Origin: an uncultured Methanomicrobiaceae archaeon
GTDB taxonomy: Archaea; Halobacteriota; Methanomicrobia; Methanomicrobiales; Methanoculleaceae
Length of the DNA stretch: 31,531 nucleotides
Direction of reading: 5' to 3'
Assembly: GCA_963826525.1 (NCBI GenBank)
Contig: CAWGXH010000011.1
Span: 1 to 31,531 of the forward strand
Both the position numbers and the translations under genes were made by a program. The notes under the pieces are model-generated. The model did not search any database. It was not told where the DNA came from and worked only from the letters and a program-made list of their open reading frames with translations. Shown piece after piece: positions 31,082-31,531 of the stretch (its first letter is position 1; each line of letters opens with the position of its first letter).

Positions 31082-31530
31082 TTAGGCTTCCCGCCCCGCC
31101 CGCTCGAGGATGAGCCGGTAGTCCTGCTCAGGGATCTCCCGCATCGCCACCCGGAGGTGTCCGGTCCACATCGTTTTGTTTTTGATGAACGCAAGGTCAG
31201 GGATCAGCGGCTTGAATGCGAGAGGTTCGGCGAAGACCGCGACCGGCTCGACCTTCACGCGGTAGGGGAAGACTTCGTCGCCCATATGCTCCGGCGTGAC
31301 GAAGAGCGGGTAGTGGTCTTCGTAAGGTTCGGATGTGACCTTATAGGCTCCGGTTATCGCCGAAGGGAGGATCTCGTCACCCTCTTTCTCCTGCCGGACG
31401 TAGAAGAGTATGGTGTCGCCGGGTTTCACCCGCTGCATGAGATTTTGTTTCGCCTTGGGACTCCCCAGACGTGCTTCTTCTTGACGACCTCCCAGTTGTC
31501 ACGGTTGGAGGAGGCGATCCAGTGGGTCAT
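31082..31530 (-). CDS. EVE-domain protein (UPF0310); frameshift at about 31455
   Basis: MTHWIASSNRDNWEVVKKKHVWGV joins VKPGDTILFYV...FPYRV...L.FIKNK..W...MREIPEQDY. Confidence 0.9.
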
Positions 31531-31531
31531 A

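Noticed and set aside
1-31531. Integrase, tRNA att site, rRNA or capsid gene
   Set aside because: None recognised on either strand by eye; element boundaries cannot be fixed from this window.

Overview
An accessory or genomic-island window from a methanogenic archaeon. The PGF-CTERM protein, ORC1-type Cdc6, HtpX, DUF365/EVE genes and GC-rich codon style point to Methanomicrobiales (Methanoculleus/Methanofollis-like); this is an inference. The central GC-rich block (about 7.1-15.1 kb) looks like an integrated plasmid- or virus-like replicon: Cdc6/Orc1, two small ORFs, then a ~980-codon AEP-primase/Zn/P-loop helicase gene whose 3' part contains a symmetric array of seven ATGTACACC nonamers and a 34-bp inverted repeat (putative intragenic origin). 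A conserved hypothetical gene is followed by a non-coding terminus that is duplicated 3979 bp away (128 bp, 2 mismatches, starting near a TTAAGCA-A-TGCTTAA palindrome). No integrase, tRNA, rRNA or CRISPR array was seen. Cargo includes an AlbA_2/ATPase/wHTH protein with an 11x12-bp VNTR, HicB with a truncated HicA, an RNase III with both catalytic Asp changed to Asn, a wHTH-SocA/YwgA-MazF operon, a GNAT toxin with an uncalled 48-aa partner, a secreted serpin, an IS5-family element with 17-bp TIRs, and an EVE-DUF365-NucS/DUF5655-NucS-like cluster (candidate modification-dependent defence). Many genes, including htpX, carry single-base frameshifts. These are probably assembly indels, so joined gene models are reconstructions.
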